This document shows, one piece after another, positions 44,502 to 56,600 of a stretch of DNA of 64,000 nt (its first letter is position 1; each line of letters opens with the position of its first letter). Below the pieces are notes generated by a model. The model searched no databases, had not been told where the DNA came from, and worked only from the letters and a program-made list of their open reading frames with translations. The position numbers were made by a program, and so were the translations under genes. Origin of the DNA: Schizochytrium sp. TIO01 (Eukaryota > Protista > Bigyra: Labyrinthulomycetes). The stretch is taken from positions 496,001-560,000 of the forward strand of contig SMSO01000007.1 in assembly GCA_004764695.1 (NCBI GenBank). The letters run 5' to 3'.

Positions 44502-47423
44502 ATGCGGCGGTCGAAACAGAAGACATCCCTGGGATGCTCTCCTTCTGTGCACGAGACGCTTCAGCTGCTCGCGTCCAGCGTGCCTGGCCGTGCTTCCTTG
44601 GTGTGCGGTGATCTCTTTTCGCAGCCCTCCCTCCGCTCCTGTCATGTCTTCGTCGCAGACCCCAGCGAACCCTCCTTGGCGGAGCCAACCGCCTCATCGT
44701 CAGCTTCTCCGACCGCCGCATCGCTAGCATCGTCGGCTGGAACTCGCCTCACTGCGGTGCACGCGTTGCTGTCGGGTATTCCTGTAGTCTCACTGGAGTG
44801 GGCTACGCGTAGTGCTGAGGCTGGTCGCTGGTTGCTGCCCAACGCTGACGAGGACGGGGATGAGACAGCACAGGAGGCACTGGCAGAGGCGGCAGTCTTC
44901 GATGCGGAGACTGTAGCCCGTGTTGGTCGTGGAGACGCGCTGGAGGGTCTAGCGGTGGGCGTGGGCGCAGGCACGAGCGCCAGAACGCGCGCTGTTGTGC
45001 AAGCGCTGGCAGAGAGAGCTGGTGCAATCTTTGACGGGAACGAGCAGGAGAACGTTGACGTCTTGGTCATCGATGGTGCTGAGAACCATGCTAACAGGGA
45101 CAGGAAAAGTGCTGACAGCAAAGCGGTGAGCTCAAACAGGGGTAAAGGTGCGTCTGGGAAGAAGTTACAGACGCCGAAGCAAAAGCAACTAGAGCATGCC
45201 GTGGAGGATGCCTCGAGAGCTGTAGAAGCAGGGCACAGGACGCAGTGCGTGGATGTGGATACTCTGGTAGCATGGATTCTGGAGGGCAAAAAGCCTGTGG
45301 CGCATCTTACCCCGGCGCAGAGCAACCCAAAGGGGAAGAACAGTGCGAAGAAGGGAACTGCAAAGGAGCAAGCTGCGAGGAGAAGCTCCAGAGCGTTGAC
45401 ACCCATCAAAGGGCCAAAGTTCGAGGAGCCAGAGAAGAAGGCTGCAGATACTGAGTCAGATGAGGACAATTCACCGAAAAAGAGAAAAGGGGCCAAGAAA
45501 GCAGGCGTTTTAGCTTCGTCATCAGCTTCTAGGGCGTCTGATGGTGGAGCAGAGGAAATCTTTAAGGATGCAGATGTTGCGACGACAGAACCGGGAAAAA
45601 AGGGAGAAGATGAAGAAAGTTCGACGAGTAAGAACGAAATCAAATCAAACATGGACGCAGACGAAGAGGAGAAAGAAGAACAAGAAAATGAAGGAGAAGA
45701 AGAATCCGAAATCGCCACAACACCTAGAAAAGAGGTGGTCAATCCTAGCTCTGTCACCAAAAAGAAAACAACCAAGAAGCAGGGGGGAGAAGAAACCCCT
45801 GCAACGAAGACCAAAGCGAAAGTAGTAGCAACGAAAAAGAACGCCTCGTCTAACGATGACAGTGAAGCGAAAGACTTCATTATAATCGCTGCATCTGGCT
45901 TGCAGCAAACCGAACGCGATGTAGTTATGAGTGTCTGCGACGCCCTGCCGGGTGCAGAGTCCATTAGCAACTCAAACGAATTTGCTGACCTTGCAACTCA
46001 CATCGTTGTTCCCACATTACAAGCTCCGCTCCGCACTGTAAAGGTTGCAAATGGAATTGCTCGCGGAGCCTGGATTGTCAAAGCAAGTTGGATTTACGAA
46101 TCCATCGAAAAGGGGGAATGGGTCAATGAGGAGGAACACGAAGCAACAGAGAGCTTCCCTGGTTGTAAAAACGCGCGCCTGTTGGCGAATGAGGGCAAAC
46201 TTGCTGAGCACCTTTTGAGTGGGGTCAATATCTATGTTGATGCTGCTCGTCAACCGCCAACCTCTGTGCTTAGCCACCTCTTGCGATCTTGCGGGGCCAA
46301 GGTAGTTCGTGATGCGTCCAAGGCAGCAGTCATTGTATGCGGTAGCAAGTCATTTAGGTCACGCAAGTCTCGAGGTGAAAACAACATTGTAACGGAGAAG
46401 TGGGTTTTTGATTGTATCCAGAATTGCAAATTTGACCTTAAGGCACTGGGATCCTTCTGGGATGGAGCTAATGACGAAAAAGAGGCTGATTCAAGTGATG
46501 AGGAGATGGACGAAGCTGATGAAGATCACGATGGTAAATCTGACAATGAGGTCCAAACGTCCAAAAAAACAGCTACAGCCGCCAAGAAAGCACAAGCGGG
46601 CGCGGTAACCAAGAAGAAGGCTAATCCAAAAGTGAAGGTTTCATCTAAACGTACAACAACAACAAAACGAACTGCCTCAAAAGCAAATGCAAAAGCTAAG
46701 ACTTCCGCAAAGACGCAGATAACATCTTCTCAAGCTGACAAAAAACCCAAGGTAGCACAAGAGAAAGATGACAGCTCCTCATCTCCCGTGGTGGTCCCGA
46801 AACGTCGAACCCCAAATACGAGACGCCAATCAGTTACAAGTGGACCTAGCATGAGCAGTGACGAGGAATCCGAGTCTGATGTTGAAGCGGCCACCGTGGA
46901 GGCTGTGAAAAAGGTAAAGAGCATGCCTCGCAAGCGCAAAATTTCAGCCAAGGCTTCAAATGATGCACCAGCTTCACCTTTACAAGCCGAAAACACAAAT
47001 GAGGCAACATCAGCTACCAAGATTGCAGCCCGAACTACTCCGGGACGATCCTCGTCTTCCAAAAAGGCAAAGAAGTTAACTCCAGCGGTGGCTGTAGTGA
47101 CAACAGCAACAGCAAAAGGCAAAAAGACTAGGGCGGCGTCTTCTTCAACTGATAATTCTGCTGCAAAGGCATCTAAAAGCCCAGCACAAAAACGCCGTTT
47201 GACAGACTTGGACGATGTGTTTAAAGATACACCACCGAAGAAGAAGCGTGGTAGAACGCCCGAGAGTAAGACTGCTACTACTACTACCACAAAGAAGAAC
47301 ACGACACCTGCAAGCGCGCGATCTCTTCGTTCTGCTCGATCTGCTCTGTACGATGCTGCCAGCAGTGACGAAGACATCTTGTCTAATGGTTCAGATGATG
47401 ACTACGCATCCCCTGATATTTAA
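44502..47423 (+). CDS. Multi-BRCT protein (MCPH1/microcephalin-like tandem BRCT, plus a diverged N-terminal BRCT pair), 973 aa
   Basis: THIVV...RTVKVANGIARGAWIVKASWIYESIEKGEWVNEE...FP...QPPTSVLSHLLRSCGAKV...IVTEKWVFDCI parallels MCPH1 BRCT2/3. N-terminal ALLSGIPVVSLEWATRSAEAGRWL and LEGLAVGV...LAERAGA...AWIL are also BRCT-like. Lys/Ser/Thr-rich linkers with many TPxK/R sites. Confidence 0.82.
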   Translation: MRRSKQKTSLGCSPSVHETLQLLASSVPGRASLVCGDLFSQPSLRSCHVFVADPSEPSLAEPTASSSASPTAASLASSAGTRLTAVHALLSGIPVVSLEWATRSAEAGRWLLPNADEDGDETAQEALAEAAVFDAETVARVGRGDALEGLAVGVGAGTSARTRAVVQALAERAGAIFDGNEQENVDVLVIDGAENHANRDRKSADSKAVSSNRGKGASGKKLQTPKQKQLEHAVEDASRAVEAGHRTQCVDVDTLVAWILEGKKPVAHLTPAQSNPKGKNSAKKGTAKEQAARRSSRALTPIKGPKFEEPEKKAADTESDEDNSPKKRKGAKKAGVLASSSASRASDGGAEEIFKDADVATTEPGKKGEDEESSTSKNEIKSNMDADEEEKEEQENEGEEESEIATTPRKEVVNPSSVTKKKTTKKQGGEETPATKTKAKVVATKKNASSNDDSEAKDFIIIAASGLQQTERDVVMSVCDALPGAESISNSNEFADLATHIVVPTLQAPLRTVKVANGIARGAWIVKASWIYESIEKGEWVNEEEHEATESFPGCKNARLLANEGKLAEHLLSGVNIYVDAARQPPTSVLSHLLRSCGAKVVRDASKAAVIVCGSKSFRSRKSRGENNIVTEKWVFDCIQNCKFDLKALGSFWDGANDEKEADSSDEEMDEADEDHDGKSDNEVQTSKKTATAAKKAQAGAVTKKKANPKVKVSSKRTTTTKRTASKANAKAKTSAKTQITSSQADKKPKVAQEKDDSSSSPVVVPKRRTPNTRRQSVTSGPSMSSDEESESDVEAATVEAVKKVKSMPRKRKISAKASNDAPASPLQAENTNEATSATKIAARTTPGRSSSSKKAKKLTPAVAVVTTATAKGKKTRAASSSTDNSAAKASKSPAQKRRLTDLDDVFKDTPPKKKRGRTPESKTATTTTTKKNTTPASARSLRSARSALYDAASSDEDILSNGSDDDYASPDI

Positions 47424-48196
47424 AAGACATTTACGAACGGGTGCAAGCAGATACGAGATAGGTGGTATCTACCTTATTATCGAAGAGAACTCTTGAACCT
47501 AAGAAAAAATTGGCTTATTGCCAAAGATTATGTACCAACCTCTTCATCCATGACTCCGAAAAGTATATTAGACATAGTGACAATTGTTTCTGATTGCAAA
47601 CCCCTTTGTTCCTTCTGAACGCCTTGAGAAAAAGAACACCAGCCATCATGTTCCATGTCACCTCATGATACCTTCCAATCTGTCGCCTCGCCTTTTTCGA
47701 TTATGTATCTTCTCTTCGTTTATTCATACACAGACGTCAGAGAAACAAGCAATTTAAAATTCCTGTGCTGGATCCACTACACCTAGCGGAACTAGCATTT
47801 TTTTTCTTCATCGCGGGAGCCCTTTACAGTCAGTTTCCAAGAAGCAGGTGCTGCTCTGTTCTACTAGAACAGGATTGGATTGGCATGGAGTTCGTACAAA
47901 AGTAGGTCTTGCCCAAAATACTCTGTGTTTCTGTGGGCATGGTTATTGGTAACCAGATCGATCGATCAGTCCGCTTTTTCCTGTTACCAAAGCTTGGCTT
48001 TGTCGGACTGAGAAAAAAAAGAAGTTAAAAAGCAGTTCTACCATGCAGGCGTGGGCAAGCAAGAGGGGCAGAGGCAAGCAAACCTGTATCGTTAGAGCAG
48101 CGTGGAAAAGTTGTGCACGCGTTTCACTGTTGCAAGCAAGCCCAGACGTAATTTGCCGTTGGTATTTGTGGCTTGGGAAACAAATAGCAAGTACAG

Positions 48197-49078
48197 ATGT
48201 CGGTCATCCCGTTGTACAAGGATGATGGCAACACCGTGGACTACACGCTGACCTCGTTCAAGTGTGAGCTTAAGAACAATGGTGTCATGGTGGTGAAGAA
48301 TGCAGTGCCAAAGTCACTTCATTCGCTGACGACGGCGTTCCGCGCGGAGATGCTCTTTATTCTTGAGCACTGCAAGCGGTGTGCAGATGTAAAAGTGCTG
48401 ATTTGGACTGCCGAAGGTGACCGAGCATTCTCTAGTGGTGCATCTTTTACGCCTGGACCGACTATCGAGGTCTCGGAGGAGATTGTAAAGGCGTATACTC
48501 GACGCGGCATGTACCCGCAAGTAAACACGGACTTCTCTTTAATGTGCGAGACCAAGGCATTTTACAATTTCCCAAAGCCCATTATTGGTGCGATTAATGG
48601 CATGGCTGTTGGTGGAGGCGCGAATATTGCTCTGTTCTATTTTGATATTGTCATTGCTAGCGAACAGGCAAAATTTACCTATCCATTTGTAAGCATTGGA
48701 CTCACCCCTGAGCTAGGTAGCTCGTTGATGCTGCCGTTCTTCGCAGGTCCTCAGCGTGCCAAAGAAGTGATTTTCACTAACGAATGGTTTACTGCTGCAC
48801 AGGCCAAGGAATGGAACTTGGTATCCTATGTTGTGCCGCACAACGATCTCATGGACCGTGCTATGGCCATGGCTGAGAAGATTGCTGCTCAGCCGTCTGA
48901 GCAAATTATGTTGAGTAAGCGTGTCCTGAATCACCACCTTGGCAAGTTTCTTGATGAGCATTTGCATCTTGAAAACCAGACTATTATGGCTTCTCGCGAT
49001 GCATTTGGTGGTAAAGAGCTTTTTGCTCAACTTGCTGGCCGTGTTGCTGCCCGTAAGAAGAACAAAAGTAATCTCTGA
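48197..49078 (+). CDS. Crotonase-family enoyl-CoA isomerase/hydratase (Delta3,Delta2-enoyl-CoA isomerase-like), probable peroxisomal, 293 aa
   Basis: AFSSGA, FPKPIIGAINGMAVGGGANIAL, DIVIASEQAKFTYPFVSIGLTPELGSS (the PE motif of ECI2-type isomerases) and FTAAQAKEWNLVS. C-terminal KKNKSNL is a PTS1 variant. Confidence 0.88.
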   Translation: MSVIPLYKDDGNTVDYTLTSFKCELKNNGVMVVKNAVPKSLHSLTTAFRAEMLFILEHCKRCADVKVLIWTAEGDRAFSSGASFTPGPTIEVSEEIVKAYTRRGMYPQVNTDFSLMCETKAFYNFPKPIIGAINGMAVGGGANIALFYFDIVIASEQAKFTYPFVSIGLTPELGSSLMLPFFAGPQRAKEVIFTNEWFTAAQAKEWNLVSYVVPHNDLMDRAMAMAEKIAAQPSEQIMLSKRVLNHHLGKFLDEHLHLENQTIMASRDAFGGKELFAQLAGRVAARKKNKSNL

Positions 49079-50714
49079 AGTACTGCAGCTGCTAGGGAGG
49101 TGGCTGTAAAGCTGAGTCTATCTATTTTCTTTCCCCAATAATTTTATCTTACACTTTACTTAACCAAGATTTCCATCGTATTTAGTGGCAAACCAAATAC
49201 CATTTTACAACATTATACCAGTTCTTAGATAGACAGGTATGTAGAGTGATGTCGTATAAGTCGGTTTAGATGAACGTAGGATTTTTTCAATCTGAAATCA
49301 TGTCTAAATCTAGGTTTATTGGCATACCTTTAATGTAAAATTTTAGCAATATATGCGAAACGCCAATGATAGCTATAACTGTGTTATTGTGTCTTGTAAT
49401 CAATCTTATTGTCGTCATGAACTAGGTTTCTCCCAGCAAGAGTTAAGTAGTATCATTCCCGAGGATGGCATAATTCTATTGGCAATCAGGAAATCAAAGA
49501 CCGGCATATAGGAGCTTCTATCAATCTCCTTTCCCATGCTGTCATAGATTCTCTGTCTATTTCAACATATGAAAGAATGCCATAATCGTAGTCTTCGTCT
49601 CTTATTTATTTTGAAATTATAAGCTGGTACTTGAATACGAGAATATTAGAACTACTGACTGGTCAACAACCACTATTGTTTCCCGTACCTTGTGCCATTA
49701 GTATCAACAGAACACTTACTACTTATCCCTCCACCCCTTTTAGGTTGAGGAATTATCGCCTCAAATTCGTAAATGCCAGCACTACCACTAGGAACACTGC
49801 CAACATAAACAGGCAACCAGCCCCCACAGAACCAGGAACTGGAACTCTAATCCTCTATATAGTTGCTATGTAGCAGTTCTTCGGTACTACTCAAAATCAT
49901 CAAATACTATTTGCATTCTTTGACATCGACAGCTTTAGAGCCAAACAACATTCTCAAGTTATTTAAGACGTTAAGACCTTTGCTGTTTTTAGTTGCCATC
50001 AGCTGATGCTTTCTTATGAGCCACTTAAAAGGTAATGGTACGACACCAGTACTTCAAAAGAGGTCTAACGCACAAATAGGCCATTAAACCACTCACTGGC
50101 TGGCGGGCCTCGGTCTCCTTCTTGAGGGTGTCTCATGCTCCATCGCCTTTCCACAGACCTGTTCTTGGCCAAATTTGGTCTGCTTCTTTTCTCCTGAGTC
50201 TGCAATCTCAATGAGCTTAGAAGAACCAAGTCTTCGCGTACCTCGAAGCACGAGCTTGAAGAATTTCATTCCCATCGAAACCAAACCAAGAGTTGAGCAA
50301 TTCGAAGAATTCGCAATAAATATATATCTACAATGGAGTATAGCCGTGATAAAGTGAATTATTTCCAAGTATAACTCATAGTATTTTTCTATAGCCTATA
50401 GTGTATGTCATGTTTCTCCGGGTCCCTATGCTTAATATGCCGGCACTCTGGACCAATAAAACTACAGAACAGAGTCCACCAAGACAAATAAAATAGCTCG
50501 CTAGCTGGCTTGCGAGCAAGCAAACCCAGCTATAGAAGCAGCGCAGCCTCGCCCCAGTCGGTCCCACTCGCTGCACCCAAGCAGCTTCTTGTGCCTGTCT
50601 CCTTCTGCTCAGGCACCTCGACCCACTCCGTTCGCTCGGTTGGTGGACGAGGATCTTTGTGGTTGCCTAACCCAGCTTACCAAAGTCCAAACCCAAATCG
50701 AACTCGACTTCACA

Positions 50715-52082
50715 ATGGCCAAGGTCTCTGCGTCTCGCGCGGGCCTCCCCTCCGCCACGAAGAGCAAGGGTGTGGGTAGCCGCCGTGCTGCACCCAAGTC
50801 TGCCTCCGAGAAGGTAGCTGCTGCCGCCGAGGCCGAGAAGGTCGCCATGGCCAAGGCCGATGTGGCTTCCGCCCGTAAGGTCGCGACCACGCACGCTGCA
50901 CGCCTCGAGGATGCCCTGGAGCACGTTAAGCAGGAGCAGGTCCAACGTGCTGTAGGTGCTCTCCAGAAACATGTCCAGCTTCACCGCAAGAAGGTGCGTG
51001 AGGAGAAGGAGCGCCGTGACCTTCTTGATGACGACGCCGATATGTCGGATGGCGAAGTGGACCTCGAGGCATCGCACTCCCCTCAGGACACCGTCTTTGT
51101 GAACTTCGCACTGAAGCGTGCTGCTGTTTCCACCAAGCTCTCTGATAAGATGCACCGCATCCCTGTTCGCCACCCGATGAGCGTGCTCGGCGCGAACAGA
51201 GCGATTTGCCTCTTCGTCAAGGACAAGGCGGAGGCTGAAAAGTGGTTGGCGTCGAACCCGATCACCGGCCTCAAGAAGATTATCAGCCTTCACCAGCTTC
51301 GCACGCAGTACCAGCGCTTCCAGGCGCGCCGCGACCTGGCCGCCATGTACGATAGCTTCCTCGCGGACGAGCGCATCATCGTCATGTTGCCCAAGGTCCT
51401 CGGAAGGCGCTCCTTCTACAACACCAGCAAGCGCCCCACACCCATCACTATCGCTACCAAGGGCTCCGCAGCTGGATCTCTTGAGGCTCGCGCTAAGCAG
51501 TCTGTTGAGTCTGCCTACTTCTCTTTCCAGGGCACCCTCACCAGTGTGCGCGCTGCCCTCATCAAGATGACCACGGACGATATCACCGAGAACGTCATGG
51601 ATGTTATTGCCAGTGTGGCACCGCGCCTCCCCGCGGGAGGCTGGGACAACGTGCTCAGCATCCACATCAAGACCGGAAACAGCGCCTCCCTCCCCGTCTA
51701 CGCCTCGCTCCCCGAGAACCAGACCAAGAAGGCTGAGGATGACGACGAAGACGCAGGCGACGAGAAGAAGGACGGCAAGACCAAGGGCAAGAAGAGCACC
51801 AAGGCCGAGGACGTGAAGAGCACGCCTGCCAAGAAGCAGAAGCGCAAGGCACCTGATAGCCCTGAAGACGCAGCAGACGAGGAGACGGACGCACAAGAGG
51901 CGGAGGCTGCCAAGGCCACGCCAGCCAAGAAGGCCAAGAAGACACCCGCCAAATCAGCAAAGAAGACCACCGCCACAACCACTCCGGCAAAGTCTGCCGT
52001 TAAGCAGCCGAAGTCCGCAGTAAAGTCCGCAGCAAAGTCCGCGGCAAAGTCAAACAAGAAACCCCGTAAAGCCTCTGCATAA
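50715..52082 (+). CDS. RSL1D1: Ribosomal L1 domain-containing nucleolar protein (RSL1D1/Utp30/Cic1-like), ~455 aa
   Basis: ATG at 50715. QVQRAVGAL, RIPVRHP...ICLFVKD, KIISLHQLRTQYQRFQARRDLAAMYDSFLADERI...LPKVLG, ENVMDVI...GWDNVLSIHIKTGNSASLPVY. Lys/Ala-rich tail. Confidence 0.88.
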   Translation: MAKVSASRAGLPSATKSKGVGSRRAAPKSASEKVAAAAEAEKVAMAKADVASARKVATTHAARLEDALEHVKQEQVQRAVGALQKHVQLHRKKVREEKERRDLLDDDADMSDGEVDLEASHSPQDTVFVNFALKRAAVSTKLSDKMHRIPVRHPMSVLGANRAICLFVKDKAEAEKWLASNPITGLKKIISLHQLRTQYQRFQARRDLAAMYDSFLADERIIVMLPKVLGRRSFYNTSKRPTPITIATKGSAAGSLEARAKQSVESAYFSFQGTLTSVRAALIKMTTDDITENVMDVIASVAPRLPAGGWDNVLSIHIKTGNSASLPVYASLPENQTKKAEDDDEDAGDEKKDGKTKGKKSTKAEDVKSTPAKKQKRKAPDSPEDAADEETDAQEAEAAKATPAKKAKKTPAKSAKKTTATTTPAKSAVKQPKSAVKSAAKSAAKSNKKPRKASA

Positions 52083-53609
52083 GTAATAAACACTTCCCAT
52101 CGAACCTTTCTGTTGACCCATGCATCCTATTACTTTCTTTCTCTAGATTTCTGCTAGCTGCCGTTTTGGATAGTCGCGTTGTTGTTGCATTTCTAGTGTA
52201 TCTCAAGTTCTTGATTTAGAAAAACTAATTAAATTAGCTTGGACTGCACAATTTTTTAATTTTGTTTTTTAAGGGTGTGTAATTGTGAGCCTTGTACGAT
52301 CTCCTGTCGTTGCAACTCTTATTCTCTCTTGTTAGAATTGCATAAGGAAAAGTCTACTTGTTCGTTTGGCATAGTATTAGGGTCTATATAGTGTGGTTTC
52401 TGGCAATAACGCATTTCATGAGGATATATTCTGGTTTTAATTTTAGGGCTAGTCTCGTATATTGTTTGGACTGACTAGATCTCAGCTAAATCTTATTTCT
52501 ATTTGAAGCAAATGCATCCTTTGCAAAACAACTGCAACGGCTGTTTGCTTCCCAGTAGTATCAAGCGAGAAGCAAATGTCGGTCTTCTACTTTCATGATT
52601 TTGTTAACTACATCCTACTTGAAGTAAGCAAATAATTTTAGTACTAAAGCAGTAGTCTCTTGTAAGGTTCCGTGAAGTCACTTTTTTTCCAAATCTTTAT
52701 AGTGTCTCGAAGACCTCTTCGATTTAATAATAGAAGTATAACTAAAATTTTCAATTAAAATCTTGGTCAAAATCTTCATGTCCCCCGCCCCCTAACAATA
52801 GCCAGAACATAATTTAAAACATGCACGACTTTAAGCAGGCAAGCCGAAGCTAAACTCCTTTCAGCAAAGTAATTGACTACAGACGGCGCGATGAGCCCAA
52901 CACGCAACAAGCGAGTGTGAACAGGGGAGGTAGAGCCAGGAGCATAGTCTCAAATAAGGCCGCATAATCCGAGAATTCACGCTTGCCCTTTCTTTACACC
53001 TAAGATGTTTTGGTTTATAGGAGCTTCTATCTACTGGCTCTCCTGCTGCAGTGATAGCTATGAGAAAGGAAAAAGTATGAGCACCATGTGATGGGGAAGG
53101 GCAGTTGTCCGAGGATCGGCCGTCTTGCTCGTTTGCAATCGAGAGAGACAGCCGAATTTTCGTGTTACAGAATAAAGTGGTCATGTTCCACCTGCTGGCG
53201 AATGGGTACTTTATTGTCTTACCCGTCGCGATGTGGTCCGCTAGTCCTGAAGGACTTACCCCAGTTCAGCAACCGAGCCTCCTTCCCGCTGCACAAGCTG
53301 CGGCTCTTGCTCAGCAAACTTGCTGCTGTATCCCATTTCGGAAGCTTGACAGCATTACACCTAGGGCGCCAGAGCCTCCCCCCCGCGAGTGCCTCTTCTT
53401 GGCTTCATTCACTCCACCCTCCGCGAGACAGTCCCATCAACCGCAAAGGTTTCCTTTGGCGATTTTCAGAAATCATAATCATCTAGAGATTTTTGGCAAT
53501 CACAACCACCATCATCATCATCATCGGTGACACCGACTGCGCTTGCTCGTATTACCGATTCCCGGTCACGACCGACGGTACACACCCGCATAAGCCAAGA
53601 TCGCATATC

Positions 53610-53645
53610 TAGGTAGTACTACTTACTACCAAGTAGTACTACCTA
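53610..53645. repeat. Perfect 15-bp inverted repeat with 6-nt spacer
   Basis: TAGGTAGTACTACTT-actacc-AAGTAGTACTACCTA; each arm contains the palindrome GTAGTACTAC. Confidence 0.8.
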
Positions 53646-56600
53646 CGCACTTACTCTATGTACCTCTTAGCAGGCATTTCCCATCTCATGGAGGTGTTCC
53701 AAGCACCAGAACAGGAGAGCCGTAGCACTGCTTAGCTGTTCAATAGCCTGTGCGTCATCACTTGCCTTCAGAAAAAGAACACCTCCTGGAGCTAGCTAAT
53801 AGTAGGATAATAATACAGTGCTAATTCTAGTTAGTCATATGTTACATTCGCTGTATAATAAATACGAGAGAAGGAAGAAAGCCAAGCCTTGGAGCGGACA
53901 TGGGCGAGCCAGAGCTAGTCTGCGGGCTCCGGCTTACGAGGAGTGGAGTTTATGCACGAGCATCTCGCCGAGAGACCCCCTCGTCGATCGCGAGCGAAAC
54001 GCCGTCTCCGGTACTCTGTCTCAAGAAGGGTTTCTTGACTCGAGCTGTCGAAGAGAAGAGGATCACGGGCGGGTGTTCTGTTCCGTTCCTAATCCCTCAA
54101 AGTGTGAAGTGGCGAAAGAACGGAAATAATAATTGAGAAGAAAAGAAAGAAAAGAGAGAAAGAGAGAGATGAAAGGAAATGAAAGAGGTTTCAACTCTGT
54201 CGAGTGTCTCTGCTCCTCTTCCTGTGCATGCCGTCTGTTTCTGGCTGCACTCCGCTCCGCTGCTCCGGCGTCCCGCACGCACCCGCCTGCGCCCTTCCTC
54301 GGCTGTCTGTCTCTGCCCTCTGGGGCGGGGTTGGGCCGAGGACTCGCGTTATCATGTACTATACCCTACGATTCTTTTCTTCCTTCGTTCGACGATTTCT
54401 TATCATCTTTGCAGAATGCAATGCAATGCAATGAATCAATGAATCAATCAATCAACTCCGCAGAGACGCTGGCTGCGGCGAGCGGGTTCGCCAAGGCGCG
54501 GGCGGCCTTCTCCTCCCCAGCCCCTGCCGGGTGCGGGCGGCGGAAAGCACTCCGCCTCAGTTTCATCGTCCCGTCGGCGCGGAGAAAGAAATCGATTTCC
54601 TTCGTTCTCTGTCTAATTAATTAATTTGGGGATTGATTTTTTGATTGATTTTTTGATTGATTGATTTTTTGATTGATTGTTTTATTGATGTATGTATCAC
54701 TGTGAGAACTAACTTACTTACTTATTATAAGTGAGTGCTGCAGAGTTCTTCTTTCTTTCTCTTTCCAAGTTCTGTTCTTTTCTCTCTCTTTCTCTCTCTT
54801 TGTAAGTCCCCAAAACTTTTCATTGGAAAAAAGCATAATTAAGTAACTAAAGAGATGATTATTTCCTCGAAGAACTGACGCAAAGAGTTCGAACAGAATT
54901 CATAACCAGAGTTCTTGGGTGAGCACAAAGGGCTCGGCTTCTCAGCTTCGTCGGGCTCGTGCTGATGGCACTGCTGACGACGCCGGGCAGCGTGGAGGAT
55001 AGTGGTGTTGGCAGTGTGTGGCGGTGGCGGCGGAGCTTCTTGGGAGGCTGGGCTGAGATGGAGAGGAGCAGCTTCGTTTTTGTGAAGAGGAGATCGACCT
55101 GATCTATCTCAAGCTGCGAGCTTGAGTCTATCTTCGAGGTCCTCTGCTCCAAAGCGAACGAGATTGAACCAGGAAGGCCATGGGCAGCTCGAACGAGGGG
55201 TCTCTGTAGTGGAGCATAAGTTCTTGAAGTGCAGGAAGCGTGTGTGACCCGCTTGAAGAGCAAGAGGAGGTTGACGGGTGCTCGAGCAGTGCAATGAGAG
55301 ATCAGCACAGTTCGTTCTTCAGGTCAGCCCATTCTAAAGCAAGGCCTCCTCGCTGGACCCTTCGACGTGCCTGCAACATTGGAACTTAACGAGTTTTCTC
55401 CAGCATCATTTCCGTACCGCTATCAACTGGGTCGGGCTTGCCGCTTGTTGTCAGTGCTGTTCACAGTGGCACAAGTTGCGAAGATCGTTCGTGTTGAACT
55501 ATCTTCCCTTCCCTTGGTCAAACTTGTAGTGATACATTTTTTTTTGCAGCCACTGCTCTAAGTCCCCTTGCTCTGCTACGTCGCATACGCCAAGCAGGTC
55601 AGTTCCTTCGCCACCTCAAGTGGTTCCATCCCTTCCTGCGTTCTATGTCTCGCAGATGGCAATGGCTGATATTCGTGCTTTGAAAAACCACCATGGTGCA
55701 CCATCCTGAAGTCTCGATTGTAACTTATAAATAGCGTTCATACCAAACCATCAAAGGCTTGAAGCAAGTCAGCATCAGGGCCAAGTTCTCAGCCCTCTTT
55801 CGCCAAAGCCGCTCTGCCAGCGCTCTTCACGAGTGGGTGAATGAATGTGCGAGTGAATGTTCGAACGAGTGTACCATTTCTGTATCGTTGAATGCGCCAC
55901 TATTTCATTGCTGTTTTTGTGCTCCTCTTCTCTTTTAGACGCCCTCTCTTTTCACGCAGTGCCGCTCTTCTGCGCTCCCTCATAACATAAACCCTAAGAG
56001 TCCGGGCGCTTCGGTAGCATCGCCGGCGCCCAGTAGAGCCGCGTAGAAGTCCCTAGTGGCACGGAAGACCTCGGTATTATTGTATTCCCTTTCGCTGTCG
56101 TGAATGGAATTCATGAAACGATCGATCCTCGCTCCCTCATTTCGAGGAATTCGAGGCAGGTGGGCTCCCAGGGGAGAAGCACGGTTTGTGGTGGTCGAGG
56201 CAGCTGGCGAGCGACTGGCCGGCAGGTTGGTTGAGTAGATGACGGCGGCTGCTGAGATGGACGGTAAGAAAGAGAAATCTTGAAAGTGAATGAAATGGGA
56301 ATTGAAAGGAGATGAAAACAGTTTTCACCCTCGAAGTTTTATATTCGTGTACAGTTTTATTATTATTTTTAACAATAACTATTTCTTTCTCTTTGTTCTT
56401 TTGGCTTTTCTTTGTCAAAGACAGAAAGGAAGAAAGAGAGAAAGAAAGAAGGCTACAAACATCGATCAACCAATCCATCAATAAGTCCACGCGTCCACCA
56501 ATCCTCTGCGTTCAACGCAGAACTTGAGACCCCGGACGGGCCTCGAAGCGGTAACCTGCTTGCCACCTGTCGCACGCGGGTGGATCTAGCGCGCCTTTCT

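Noticed and set aside
54859-55308. 149-aa minus-strand ORF containing DQVDLLFTKTK (p25-alpha-like phrase)
   Set aside because: Single short motif, non-ATG start and no other supporting similarity.
56003-56057. GC hairpin followed by CTAGT (Helitron 3'-end-like)
   Set aside because: Spacing is longer than typical, and there is no 5' TC terminus or Rep/helicase remnant in view.
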